Under the pieces are notes generated by a model, which ran no database searches, was not told the origin of the DNA, and was given only the letters and a program-made list of their open reading frames with translations. The position numbers and the translations under genes are program-made. Shown here piece after piece: positions 1-10,601 of a stretch of 64,000 bases of DNA; within the stretch, counting starts at the first letter, position 1; each line of letters begins with the position of its first letter. Source of the DNA: Balanoglossus misakiensis (taxonomy: Eukaryota; Animalia; Hemichordata); the NCBI GenBank assembly GCA_040954595.2, contig CM082589.2:920690-984689 (forward strand), in the 5' to 3' direction.

Positions 1-189
1 GAGAACAATGAGTGTTTTCATTCTGGTGTAAGAATGCTTTTGCAGGTGACAGAACAAATGTGGTTACATGGAAATAAGAGAAAATGCTAAAATTGCCAAT
101 AATACATTGAATATAAATGTTTTCCTAGATATCTTGGCTTTCTTTGCAATACACTTTGACTTCCAGACATTTCTGAGGTTTTATCTTTC

Positions 190-3092
190 TCAGAATCCAT
201 GTGCATCAGGTGCACCCCAATGTGGAACCTGAAATCAAACAAAAGAATTTTTTTTAATTTGTTGATTTGACATTTTGCACTTTGACAATCTGCAAGTTAT
301 TTTCTAATGGTGACAACTAAATGTTCATGTCTGAATATGCAATCATGGAGCCCTGAACATCTACTCACCGAAGATGAAGAATTTTGTGAAGAAGTCTGTT
401 GTTTCATTGCCAGTTTCTTCTCTACATTCATGGCCAACATCTGACTGCGAAACGAAAGACCTTTTGTCTTCTCAATGACTTGCTGATAAGCTGAAACTGC
501 TTGTGTTCCCATGACAACATGACCCTGATGAAAAATTCAAAAAAGTCTCAACATTAAATATTCATAAGGGTTTACATGATCACAAAAGGTTAAAGTATTT
601 TCATTTGAGTGATTATTTTCAGATACCAAGAAAAACAAGATTCATCAGCTAACCTGCTTTGAATCAATCTTCGCATCCAACCGGGCGTTGCGGATCAGAT
701 TAACAATCCACTTTTCCGCATCATCTGGTGTCATGTTCAATTTCTCTGCTAGCATGCTGAAATGATAACGTACATTTGTAATATAGGATTTAAAATCATT
801 AATGGTTAATAGATCCTGTACTTTAGGTCTAGAAAAACAGTCTCCACAATTATAAAACAAAAGTACAACTGGTGTAGCCATAGAGGGCAGTCTTACCTTA
901 TGCTAATACACTGGTGAATACGACAGAATGTCTCAAAAATAAATAATCTGGCATTTTCAATAAAGTCATCCAGACAGGCTACCAGGAAGAAGTCATTGAT
1001 CAACACCTTTAGGGAAGAAGAAAAAAAATAAACATTGAGAATCACAAACATGTCTACAAAAAGCCTATTTACACATCTTGACACGTTTTTCAGCCTCAGT
1101 GTCATCAAAATGAACTCCACACTTACTGTTTCACACTCTCGAAGCTTCCTCTGCGCGCCATCAAAATCAAAGTTGACATACAGACATTCCAGAAACTCTG
1201 TGATTGGATCTCTGTACATATAAGACTCCTGCTGTATAACTTTGACGAGATCTTTCAACACTGTCCGCCTCCTCTTGTTTGTGATGACGGCTGTGGTCAA
1301 ATATCGCAGGATGTGAGGGCACATTGTCTGTATGGCATTCAGATACCTGTTATCAACAAGAACAAATACCGTAAGTATTCATTATTCAGCCAAGCATGAT
1401 TTAAAAAATGCAAGACTTTCTAACTATCTCATAGTCCTGAAAGTGTTCCAATTTTCATGTTACTTACGGAGCTTGATAGAGAAACAAATCGATGATGGCA
1501 TCCCTGCCCTTCTGATGATTAAAAAATACAAAGAGACTCCAATGTATAAGCCAGGTCCGCTGTTGAAGCATTTGCAGAGGTGTCACAAAAACCTGGAATA
1601 AAACAAAAATAGGATATAATGGTGTTGATCAAGACCCATTTTGCAGAAAACCAGTTCAGAGCCCATTTTGCAGAAAACCAGTTCAGAGCCCCTGTTCATA
1701 TACTGAAGAATTTTATCTCATGTATTTTTTTACACTTACATTAGAATCAATGACTTCCTTGAGTCTGTTCAAATCTTCCAGCGCAGCATCCCAGTTCTGC
1801 ATGAGAATTTCTGAAGCCAGTTTTCCCCACAGTGAACTCAATGCATTCTTATCATTGGGGAGAACCTGAAAAGAAGTAGCATACAGTTAGAACTCCAATT
1901 CTTCGATACAAAGATGTCTCATTACAATCTGATCAAAGTCAGTTTCAAACAAGTAACTTACCAGAACTCTGTGGAAGTAAAGATACTCTGCTGCTCCAGA
2001 ATAGTTGCCACACTCGTATTGAAACTTAGCATACCTGTACAACGTGTCTAACATTTCAGGTAGAAACTGCAACAAAGCAAAGATACATTGTACTTATAGT
2101 TTGCTAGATTATATCATACGAACAGTGGTATTGCACAGTGCACCAAAGTCTTAAATATCCATACATGTTTAAGTTGGCAGACTAAGAAAGACCTCTTACC
2201 CCATGATTTCTGGATAAATAATCATAAAATTGTCTGCCATCTCGGGTACTCTGTATCTGTGTACTGACTTCTGGGTCTTCGAAGATCTTGACGATGGGTT
2301 CTGTGTCTGCTTGTAACTTCTTCAACTCTGCTACAACTTCAGCACGTTTGTTTTTCAGACCTTATTGAGAATATTCAGTGAGAAGATATTACAAACAGTA
2401 AATCCAACAGTAGGGGTAGTGTGGGAAGATACACAAGTCATCCAGAATGGGATTTTAGCATGGGGTGGGCGTGTGTTGCTCACAATTCTGAGTAAAAGCT
2501 CACTGGCAAATTAATCGAAAGACTGTCTCTTACTTTCAGGAACATCCTGATCTGGGTGCAGGTTTTTGTACACATCCATGGCAAAATCAACCTGCAAAAA
2601 AAAAAGATTTTGTCAAGACCCATGTATTTAACAAACAGGAAATATTGTCCATTCAGAAACGAACTACATGTAGATGGACTGTGGTGGACAGCGCCCTCTC
2701 GCCCTTTCTTACCATATTTGTTTTGCTGAGGAGGTCCAGCTTTCCTTGAAGCATTTCTTTCTCATCGTAAATCTGCAAATGAAAAAGAATGGATTAAATT
2801 TCACCAGGGTTTCGGCTTATTCTCCATTGTTAAAATCCACGGGCTGTGTTCATTACACCCAGACAACTGCAGTATGTCATATGTCACACACGTGTGGAAA
2901 CGTACATGTGTGTCTATCACATACATGTCTTCACGGCTGCATACCTGCGTACACATACCCACTTCTGATAAAGTTTCGATCAAGTATGATAGGTTCACTT
3001 ACCTCTTTGACAGAAAGGAATTCAAGAAGAGGAAAGACCAAATGTCGGTCGAGATAATTTCCTATTTTCGATGTCAAGTCGAACTCCGCCAT
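190..3092 (-). CDS. EIF3E: Eukaryotic translation initiation factor 3 subunit E (Int-6), about 12 coding exons
   Basis: ATG at 3092 gives [30 protein letters not shown] (exon 3003-3092, then GTAAG). Internal exons encode [62 protein letters not shown] and [21 protein letters not shown] (PCI domain). The last exon reads [15 protein letters not shown] (stop at 190-192). Confidence 0.97.
1635..1691. repeat. Perfect 27-bp tandem duplication in an eIF3e intron
   Basis: CCCATTTTGCAGAAAACCAGTTCAGAG at 1635-1661 and again at 1662-1688, followed by CCC. Confidence 0.95.
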
Positions 3093-3680
3093 CTTTGCGC
3101 AATGTTATCCACAATGCAATGCGGCTCGGGCAGGAAATGGATTGGCGGGGCGCACTTTTGAATGGGGGTACACTAAGATTTTAACTGCTTGAACCAAAAT
3201 GCTCTAGTTTCAATATTGAAAAGTACATTGTAAAAATAGCAGCATACAGACACTTTTAGCATATTTTGAGACTTTGAAAGACAAATACAGTTCCATTCCG
3301 GAGATTTGCTAAGAGTTCACGGCGACAGTTCACCGACCCAACTCAGGTCATCGCGCAATAACCTGAGGTCAAGTACTTGTGATGAGGTTGAAATATATAT
3401 ATTTAGGGTAAATGTAAAAAACACATTCAAATGTATAGACGATAAAGATCAGTAATTTAAATTTCTGCACATTCAGGACAACTAAATTGTAAAGACAGAG
3501 TATACATTCGACTTTACAGTCTGGAATTACATTCTTAGCGCGGTGTCATAACTCACTTGTGGCGGTGTTATGTGTCTTCCTATTAAAATCCCTATTGATG
3601 TCTATTTCTCAAAACAAGTTGTACTAGATTGTTGTTGTTTTCACTATAATTTCCATGCCCTAACCGGAAATCGAGAAATT
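3093..3680. promoter_or_regulatory. Probable bidirectional promoter EIF3E/RNF146
   Basis: The divergent ATGs are 588 bp apart. There is a CpG-rich patch with ATTGG (CCAAT) and GGCGGGGCG (GC box) at about 3141-3153, and ETS-like CAGGAA/CCGGAA motifs. Confidence 0.6.
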
Positions 3681-4936
3681 ATGGCAGAAAGAGAATCGGG
3701 AGGTTCAGATCCAGTTTCAGGTGGAGACGAGCAGTCGAAATCAAGCAGGAAGGCAAAGGGTATTAAAAAATCTGGTAAGTGTTTTAATCAAATTTAAAGT
3801 CAGCTGATTGTGATTACTGATCAAGGAAGTACATGTATCTGTAACAGTCTTCTTAAATTTGTTTATTGTTTTCAGATCCAAAGAGAGAACTTCAAGAAGA
3901 CATTGACAGAGTATCTGTCATTGATACTGATGTACCAGAATGTGCAGTCTGTTTACAAAGTTGCGTCCAAGCAGTGCAATTGCCTTGCGGCCATATTTTC
4001 TGCTTCTTATGTGTCAAGGGGGTCGCCAACCAAAGCAAGAGATGTGCTTTGTGTCGGAATGAAATCCCCATGGAGTTTCTGAACTGCCCCAATCTTGTGA
4101 AACCAGTGGAGAGAATTCCACCTGCACCTGAAGACATCAAGGAAGGCTATACGTGGTTCTACGAGGGCAGGAATGGGTGGTGGCAGTATGATGAGCGCAC
4201 AACTATAGAACTGGAGGAGGCTTACAAACAGAAGAATCGTTGCATCGAACTGTTGATTGCAGGCTTTCTGTATGTTATAGACTTTGAAAATATGATACAA
4301 ATCAGACGAAATGATCCAACGAGACGAAGAAGAATCAAACGTGATTTGTCGTCTGTCCCGATGAAAGGTGTTGCTGGGATTAAATACTTGAGCTCGGTCA
4401 CTCAAGACCAGAGACAAGGCGATGGAGGGGAACTGCAAAAAACAGACACTGCTGCAGTCAGTAAAGCAACTTCCTCATCTGCAGGTGATCAAGATGTCCA
4501 GTCAACTGCAGCTCAACTTAGTGCAATAACGATTTCAGATCAAAATGATAATGAAGATGGCGGTGCTGATGGAGAAGCTGCCAGCCCTAATGAGAGAATG
4601 GTTTCTTCTGCATGTAGTTCAAGCAGAGACCAGACCAGTGTCCACTCTGAGAGAACCAATCACCAGTCTCGTTACAAATCTCCAAACTCACTAGCAAGTA
4701 TGAGCTCCCAAGCTTTGGTGGAAGGCGTACAGAACGCATTCCCTCAAGGCTTGAGGCTGCGTAGAGGAACAAGAAGACAAAACAGAAATGTGGACAGCCC
4801 AGTCAGTAGGGAGGAATATCTCTCTGGTCAGTCAGAAAATCGAAGTGGCAGACGCTATGTGCCAAGAAGTGTAGATGACACAGCTGTACAGTCTAGATAT
4901 GATGGAGATGTTGATAGTAGCGATGATGATGACTGA
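3681..4936 (+). CDS. RNF146: E3 ubiquitin ligase RNF146/Iduna (RING + WWE, PAR-dependent), 2 coding exons
   Basis: Exon 1 is 3681-3774 (MAERESGG...KKS G|GTAAGT) and exon 2 is 3876-4936 (TTTCAG|AT CCA), in frame. The C3HC4 RING reads [27 protein letters not shown]...CALCR. The WWE domain reads [15 protein letters not shown]...[34 protein letters not shown] low-complexity tail follows. Confidence 0.95.
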
Positions 4937-5979
4937 AGAAACAAATATATAACTCGAGTCTTTCATTAGTGACCACAATTAGTAACTTATTCTGTACTTT
5001 TATTGTTCAATTTGTCTTGTCTATCTTGTGTGTAAAAAATGTTATTTATAAAAAAAGTACTATAGTAAATCTTGACATCTTGCTACTGATGTGCCCTCAG
5101 AAAAATTTGATTTTCCAAAAAATTGAATGGACTTTGGGGAATTGTAGCAGTTTCTTTGCATGTTAGGGGTACTGCAGAAGGAAATGCATGTTTCTAATCT
5201 ATACCAAAGAGTTGTGTATTTTTCCAAACCTATAATTTGTGTGCTGTCAGTTTGTTTCATGTATTTGAGAAATCCTTAGGCTATGTTTTCTGTCTTTGTG
5301 GGACTCCAAATAAAATTGACTATATCATAGATATGTCTCCTCTGCAATGCTTATTCTACACTCAACATGAAATGAGTACTGCAGCATAAATCATACTTTA
5401 TTTTTTATTTATAAAAATCATAATGTTAATCCCATTAACAAGATGCAGCACACAAAATATATGAACAAATCAAAATATATGTAAATCAAAACAACACATA
5501 AAAACGAAAAAAGCTTTCCATAAATGCATACAAATTACACACATGATATTTAGTATATTTGTTTTTCTTGACTATTTCCCATTCGTGAAAATTAACTACA
5601 TGTTTATATGGCATGGCTTTTGAGCTAACTTTTTTCCTATTAAATAATCTTATGAAATGCCAGTAAATATGCATATTAAAATATACCTTTAATTTAATCT
5701 GAAGTTGTTGATACAACTATTAGAGTCTATACAATTAAAATGTCTGTTGTGATCAAGTATAATTCTCAGCAAAAAAGTTGTGCATACATCTTTGATGCAA
5801 TTCACACAGTTTGAAAATTAGTATATTGAAGGCATCACAGAAAATTTATAACAAATATAAAATATGAAAATCAGCAGCAATGGTTATTTTTTTATTTAAA
5901 AAGAAAAGTTTTGCAGGAATTCCCTGTATAATCCTTGAGTGAGACGAATTCAAAGTTATCTTAATGCACATACAGTCAG

Positions 5980-6091
5980 AATGGATCCCAGTACCTCGAC
6001 TAATCAAAATTTCCGTTGCTTAGGTTGTTGTTAATCTCAAAATGGAGCCCAGTACCTTATCCAATCAAAATCATTGTTGCTTAGGTTGTTG
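5980..6091. repeat. Degenerate ~61-bp tandem duplication spanning the AGPAT5 stop codon and proximal 3'UTR
   Basis: AATGGATCCCAGTACCTCGACTAATCAAAATTTCCGTTGCTTAGGTTGTTG (5980-6030) versus AATGGAGCCCAGTACCTTATCCAATCAAAATCATTGTTGCTTAGGTTGTTG (6041-6091). Confidence 0.85.
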
Positions 6092-8083
6092 CTGCCATCC
6101 ACAGACATCCCCCAAGGCTTCCAAACACAAGTGTTTTCCAGTATAGCGACCGTCCTTTCTCCGTTGAAAGGAAGACCCCAAGCATGGCACAGCTAAACAT
6201 CAATGATGGCACAGTATGCAATGGACTCAGTCGTGACACTTGACCTTCACCACGGAGACGACCTTGTACCTTTGGGTCACTGGAGTAAAAATCTTCTAAC
6301 ATTCTGCAAAATGAAAAAAAAAATATTCAAATTTTGCTTATAACCTCTGGACTGCGGTGGACTTTTACTTCAGGGTTTAGCGGATAGTAAATAAGCTACC
6401 TGTCTTTGTATTCAAATGCATCATGTAACCAATGTTTACACTCTTCGTCATCTTCTGGTACATCCTCAACTTTAACCCTACGTATGTGAACATGGACTCG
6501 TGGACAGCAACCTGTCAGAAAATCTGCCAAAAGAAGAAAAATCCAATTTTATTATTTAACTCGGCTAACTGTAATGAGGTTCATTGATATAAATACTTGC
6601 ACACAGAATTTGTCATCAGATACTGTTTCACCATTTGTGCTCAATATTATAAATTGTGCTTTACCAGTCATTCCTGGCCCAGGTCGCCTGATGAAATCGT
6701 CATCTCTCCATTCATATGCGATGGTGCAGTCGTAGATGGCATCGATGTACCCCCTAAGTTCATGTAAACTAGATGCAGTTGCCTTCACTCTTGGAGTCAG
6801 GACTTGATTCAAGACAGCTAAACCTGCAAAAAAAGTTGAATACATGTATTCAAATCATGTCAGTGGCACAGAATACAATCTCAGTTAGATTGAATACTGT
6901 ACTACCGGTATATAGTACATGCACTAGCAATAAGTTGTGATTTACTCACCATTAACATTGGCAAATTCCTGGCTTTTCTGGATAACACCAGGATTTTCTG
7001 GATTATATCGAGTTCCTTCTGGAAATATGATCAACCATAGCTGGAAACAAAATTCAATAACAACACTATGACATGATCCAAAACTTCACTTAAGGTACAA
7101 CCAAAACTAGAAAGCAGCAAATATTCTAAACACAAGGTTGAAAATAATATAAAACTTACTGGTATATTGTGTTTGGGAAACTTAGCAAGTCTTTTACTGA
7201 ATACGTTTTCTTTGAACTTCCCACTTCTCTTGACATACACACCACCATGCTAAAAAAATTATAAAAGTGAAAACTGGTTACTTTATAAGGTATCAGGATC
7301 TGCATCAATCCAGCCATGGCAGGACCCAGGGGGGCAGCAGAAATGTTCCATGGGTTCCCAAAAAATTTAAGAAAGTTCTCTACCCCAAGAAAGGCATCAG
7401 CCAATTAACTTACCATTCCAAAGTATAAACCATATAAAGGAAAATACTTGAGACCATCTTTGAGAACATATCTCAGTTGACCAAGACTTCCTTGCCGGAC
7501 AGACAACATATCAGTGACAATCCAATCAATGGTGCACTGGTGGTTCGAAATGTAAATCACATTTTCCTTGCTTTTTAAACAGTCTATATCACCATACAAG
7601 ACAACCTGAAAGAAAACCACAATTTCTTAGACATTGCATTTATTTGTGTGTGTGTGTGTGTGTATGTATGAATGTATTTATCTTAATCTCGCACGTTGTC
7701 ATGGTAACCATTGTCCAGCCTCAGTGTATTTGTACACTGTCTGAGGTGGCAAAGGTCATGTTCGGTCATGTTCTCCTATCAGACCTATGGAACCATGGGA
7801 AAAAAATAAACGTGTAAACTGTTATAGTTTCTTAAAAACACTGATATTTCTGCAATAACGTTACCTCTAATCCTGTGTAGTGTTCGTAGAAGAACAACAC
7901 CAATCTTTGGTAGCAAGAATAGAACATGTCATCAACTGCATGGTACCAACGTTTTGGAAGAATAATCGAGACCGCTCGCCAAGGAAAAATCAAAGTCGAT
8001 AAGTAGGGCGGTCCCGAGCCAAGCATTACAACAGCCGGCATGGCAAACCGTAGGGCTTGAAGATACACTAGAGCTGTAAGCAT
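6081..8083 (-). CDS. AGPAT5: 1-acyl-sn-glycerol-3-phosphate acyltransferase epsilon (LPAAT5), 7 coding exons
   Basis: N-terminus MLTALVYLQALRFAMPAVVMLGSGPPY. Acyltransferase motifs NHQCTIDW, LRYVLKDGLKYFPLYG, IFPEGTRY, VLTPRVKA and YIDAIYDCTIAY are present. C-terminus GRSLYWKTLVFGSLGGCLWM. GT-AG junctions join in frame. Confidence 0.93.
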
Positions 8084-8359
8084 CTTGAAATTGGGGCGTG
8101 TGGCCTTGCAGGACCAGAGAAATGTAAGACGATTGCGAAGGGACGGACGCCCACTTTGTTACACGTGCGATCGCAGCGATTGCGTCTTCTGTAGAGGTCA
8201 TAGGTCAAAACTTGGGGGCGCACAACACAAAATGGCCGCTTACACTCTGTAACACGCGGTCCAACAAAGTTCACATTTCGTAGAGCAATTGTATGCGTAT
8301 TCATCCTCCGTTAAGCGATCGCCTGTGAATACTAGATAAAGAAGAATACAAGGAATACC
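8084..8359. promoter_or_regulatory. Very short bidirectional promoter AGPAT5/RBM34
   Basis: Only 276 bp separate the divergent start codons. The stretch is CpG-rich, with an E-box CACGTG at about 8162 and a YY1-like AAAATGGC at about 8230. Confidence 0.65.
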
Positions 8360-9601
8360 ATGAAACCAGGAAAGAGGAAAGACCGGCAAAAACAAAAAGG
8401 TAAACGCCTTCGCAGCAACAGAGGCGTTCCAGACCGTCCCAAACCTTCGCCAAAAACTTCTAGTGGTGGAGGGGCGATGCATATTCCATCGCCATTTGAC
8501 CAGTATAAGGTGGGGGGCATTGCTAGCGTTATCGGTGAAACAAAACACCAAGGAGCTACCGAACGACCGAGATCCACAAAATCAACCAAGCTGACAAAGT
8601 TATTTGGCCAATCAGAGCAGTCTTTACGGACCGTTTCAACCTCAGTGTCCAGGGAAAGTAATACCGAGTCGACTGTTGCGAAGAATGCGAAGCGCAAGAA
8701 ACCACAGACAAAAGAAAAGCGACTCAAACTTGACCAAGGAGACTCCAAACAATCAAAAGGAGCAACGCCATCGACCAAACAGAAGCCGAAGCAAAGCAAG
8801 GCGTTACTTAACCGTGAAGAAGGGCTTAGAAATGCAGAAAATACAGCTACACCAAATAAGAAGAAAAGAAAACATGATACTGATGAAACAACTAATGTTA
8901 AGAAGAAACAAAAGAAGGGAAAACCTGAGCCAAGAAATCCAGAACAGGAAAAAAGAACCGTGTTTGTTGGTAATGTACCAGTAAGTGCGGCCAAAAAGGA
9001 TTTGAAGAAGCTGTTTGGTAAATTTGGTGAGGTAGAGAGTATGCGGCTGAGATCAGCAGCACCAAGCACCCTCAGCTTACCCAAAAAAGTCATCATGATC
9101 CAGAAAGACTTCCATCCAGAGAGGAACAATATGAACGTGTATGTGGTTTTCAAGGATGAAGAATCAGCAAAGAAAGCACTTAAGGTGCATGGGAAAGAAT
9201 TCCAAGGGCATCACCTCCGTGTGGACATCGCATCAAACACTGAAAAACACAACAACAGATCTGTGTTTGTTGGGAACCTCCCATACAGTGTTCATGAAGA
9301 GATTGTCAGAGCACATTTTGGGAAGTGTGGTGATGTCGAAGATGTGAGATTAGTGCGAGATGCCACGACAGGCCTTGGTAAAGGCTTTGGATATGTTCTC
9401 TTTGCAGATCCTAGCTCTGTTGAGTTTGCACTGAAGTTTAATCAGAAACAACTACTAGGTAGACCTTTGAGAATCAAAAGAGCTGTGAAAAAGGAGAAAA
9501 CTACAGCTCAGTCTGCAGGGAAGCATCCTCATAAATTTCAGAAGATGACAGGAGCAGCATGGAGACTGGAGAAGAAAAAGAAGAGAACAAAGCAACAATA
9601 G
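8360..9601 (+). CDS. RBM34: RNA-binding protein 34 (Nop12-like, two RRMs), single-exon ORF
   Basis: 413-aa ORF with a Lys-rich N-terminus containing YKVGGIASVI. RRM1 reads RTVFVGNVP...LKKLFGKFGEVESMRLRS...NVYVVFK and RRM2 reads RSVFVGNLP...VRLVRDATTGLGKGFGYVLF. The C-terminus has GAAWRL and a basic tail. AATAAA lies at about 9782. Confidence 0.9.
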   Translation: MKPGKRKDRQKQKGKRLRSNRGVPDRPKPSPKTSSGGGAMHIPSPFDQYKVGGIASVIGETKHQGATERPRSTKSTKLTKLFGQSEQSLRTVSTSVSRESNTESTVAKNAKRKKPQTKEKRLKLDQGDSKQSKGATPSTKQKPKQSKALLNREEGLRNAENTATPNKKKRKHDTDETTNVKKKQKKGKPEPRNPEQEKRTVFVGNVPVSAAKKDLKKLFGKFGEVESMRLRSAAPSTLSLPKKVIMIQKDFHPERNNMNVYVVFKDEESAKKALKVHGKEFQGHHLRVDIASNTEKHNNRSVFVGNLPYSVHEEIVRAHFGKCGDVEDVRLVRDATTGLGKGFGYVLFADPSSVEFALKFNQKQLLGRPLRIKRAVKKEKTTAQSAGKHPHKFQKMTGAAWRLEKKKKRTKQQ

Positions 9602-10524
9602 ATTCATTGACTCTCCACACAACAAGTCAGCAAATCAAGCTAGAGATTATGATTTTTAGTGCCCAGCAGTGATGTTTAAATGAAGGCACAAGTCACACTG
9701 CTTACTTGAAAAAAAAAATATTCAGTACCAAAATTATGGCGACTCCTGTAATATCCTGTCTTAAATATTCATCTGCTTTGAAATAAATGTGTAGTTTTAT
9801 CAACCAGAGAATTGTGTGTGTGTGCGTGTGTTAACTGCACTACGGCTCGGAGGGTTACGGCCGATGTATGGGGAATCACTCGTCCACGACGCAGGCATAC
9901 TCGTTAGAAATTCGGGGGGAATTATGACCTGAAATGTTTTGTTGTCCCGGACAGGTCATCGGCAATTGATACAGATCTGTATAATTGCAAATCTGATACC
10001 ATATGAATGATGTCACCCCATGGTACAGGGTGTTTGTTTTTCTCAACACTTGAAGAAACAAAAACACGCACTGCCCTGCAAAGACCAGCTGATAGAGATA
10101 CGTGTACGTGTAAGAATTGCAAATGCGATACATGTACAATGAATGAGGTCACCCAATGATCCAAAGTACAGGTTTTGACTTAGAGAAGCAAACAACTGTT
10201 GACCTCACGTTGGCATGGTGATTGGACAATTTGCGGTGATTCACTGTCTATGAAATGATTCACTGCGATAGCATTACATTTCGATTTTCCTGGCAAACTC
10301 ACCGTTTAAATAAAAAATATCGTGTGCGTAAAATAAAAGCAATTAGTTTGTGTATCACCTAATTAAACTAGCATGGAACGTGACCATCTGGTCAGACATT
10401 GATCAGTTAAACGTGTTAATAGTTATCATTTTGTTGCGCACGCATCCGATGCCTGAAAGCGTTGTCCTTGACAGTTGGGAATCGGGTTAGGACAACCTAG
10501 TACCTGTTGATCAAGGCCCACTGA

Positions 10525-10532
10525 TATAAATA
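10525..10532 (+). promoter_or_regulatory. TATA box of P450 gene 1
   Basis: TATAAATA lies 77 bp upstream of the ATG at 10602. The paralog at 24271 has CATAAATA at a similar distance (24185). Confidence 0.55.
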
Positions 10533-10601
10533 CCATTGTACCTGCAGTGACCGCCTCTCAGAGTGATATTGGTAATTTGGGTGTAGCAAGATAGGCAAAC
10601 C

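Noticed and set aside
1635-1691. Repeat considered as CRISPR-like
   Set aside because: Two adjacent copies with no spacer in a eukaryotic intron make this a simple tandem duplication.
8332-9153. 273-aa minus-strand ORF
   Set aside because: It is the antisense shadow of Lys-rich RBM34. The Phe/Leu richness mirrors AAA/GAA codons.
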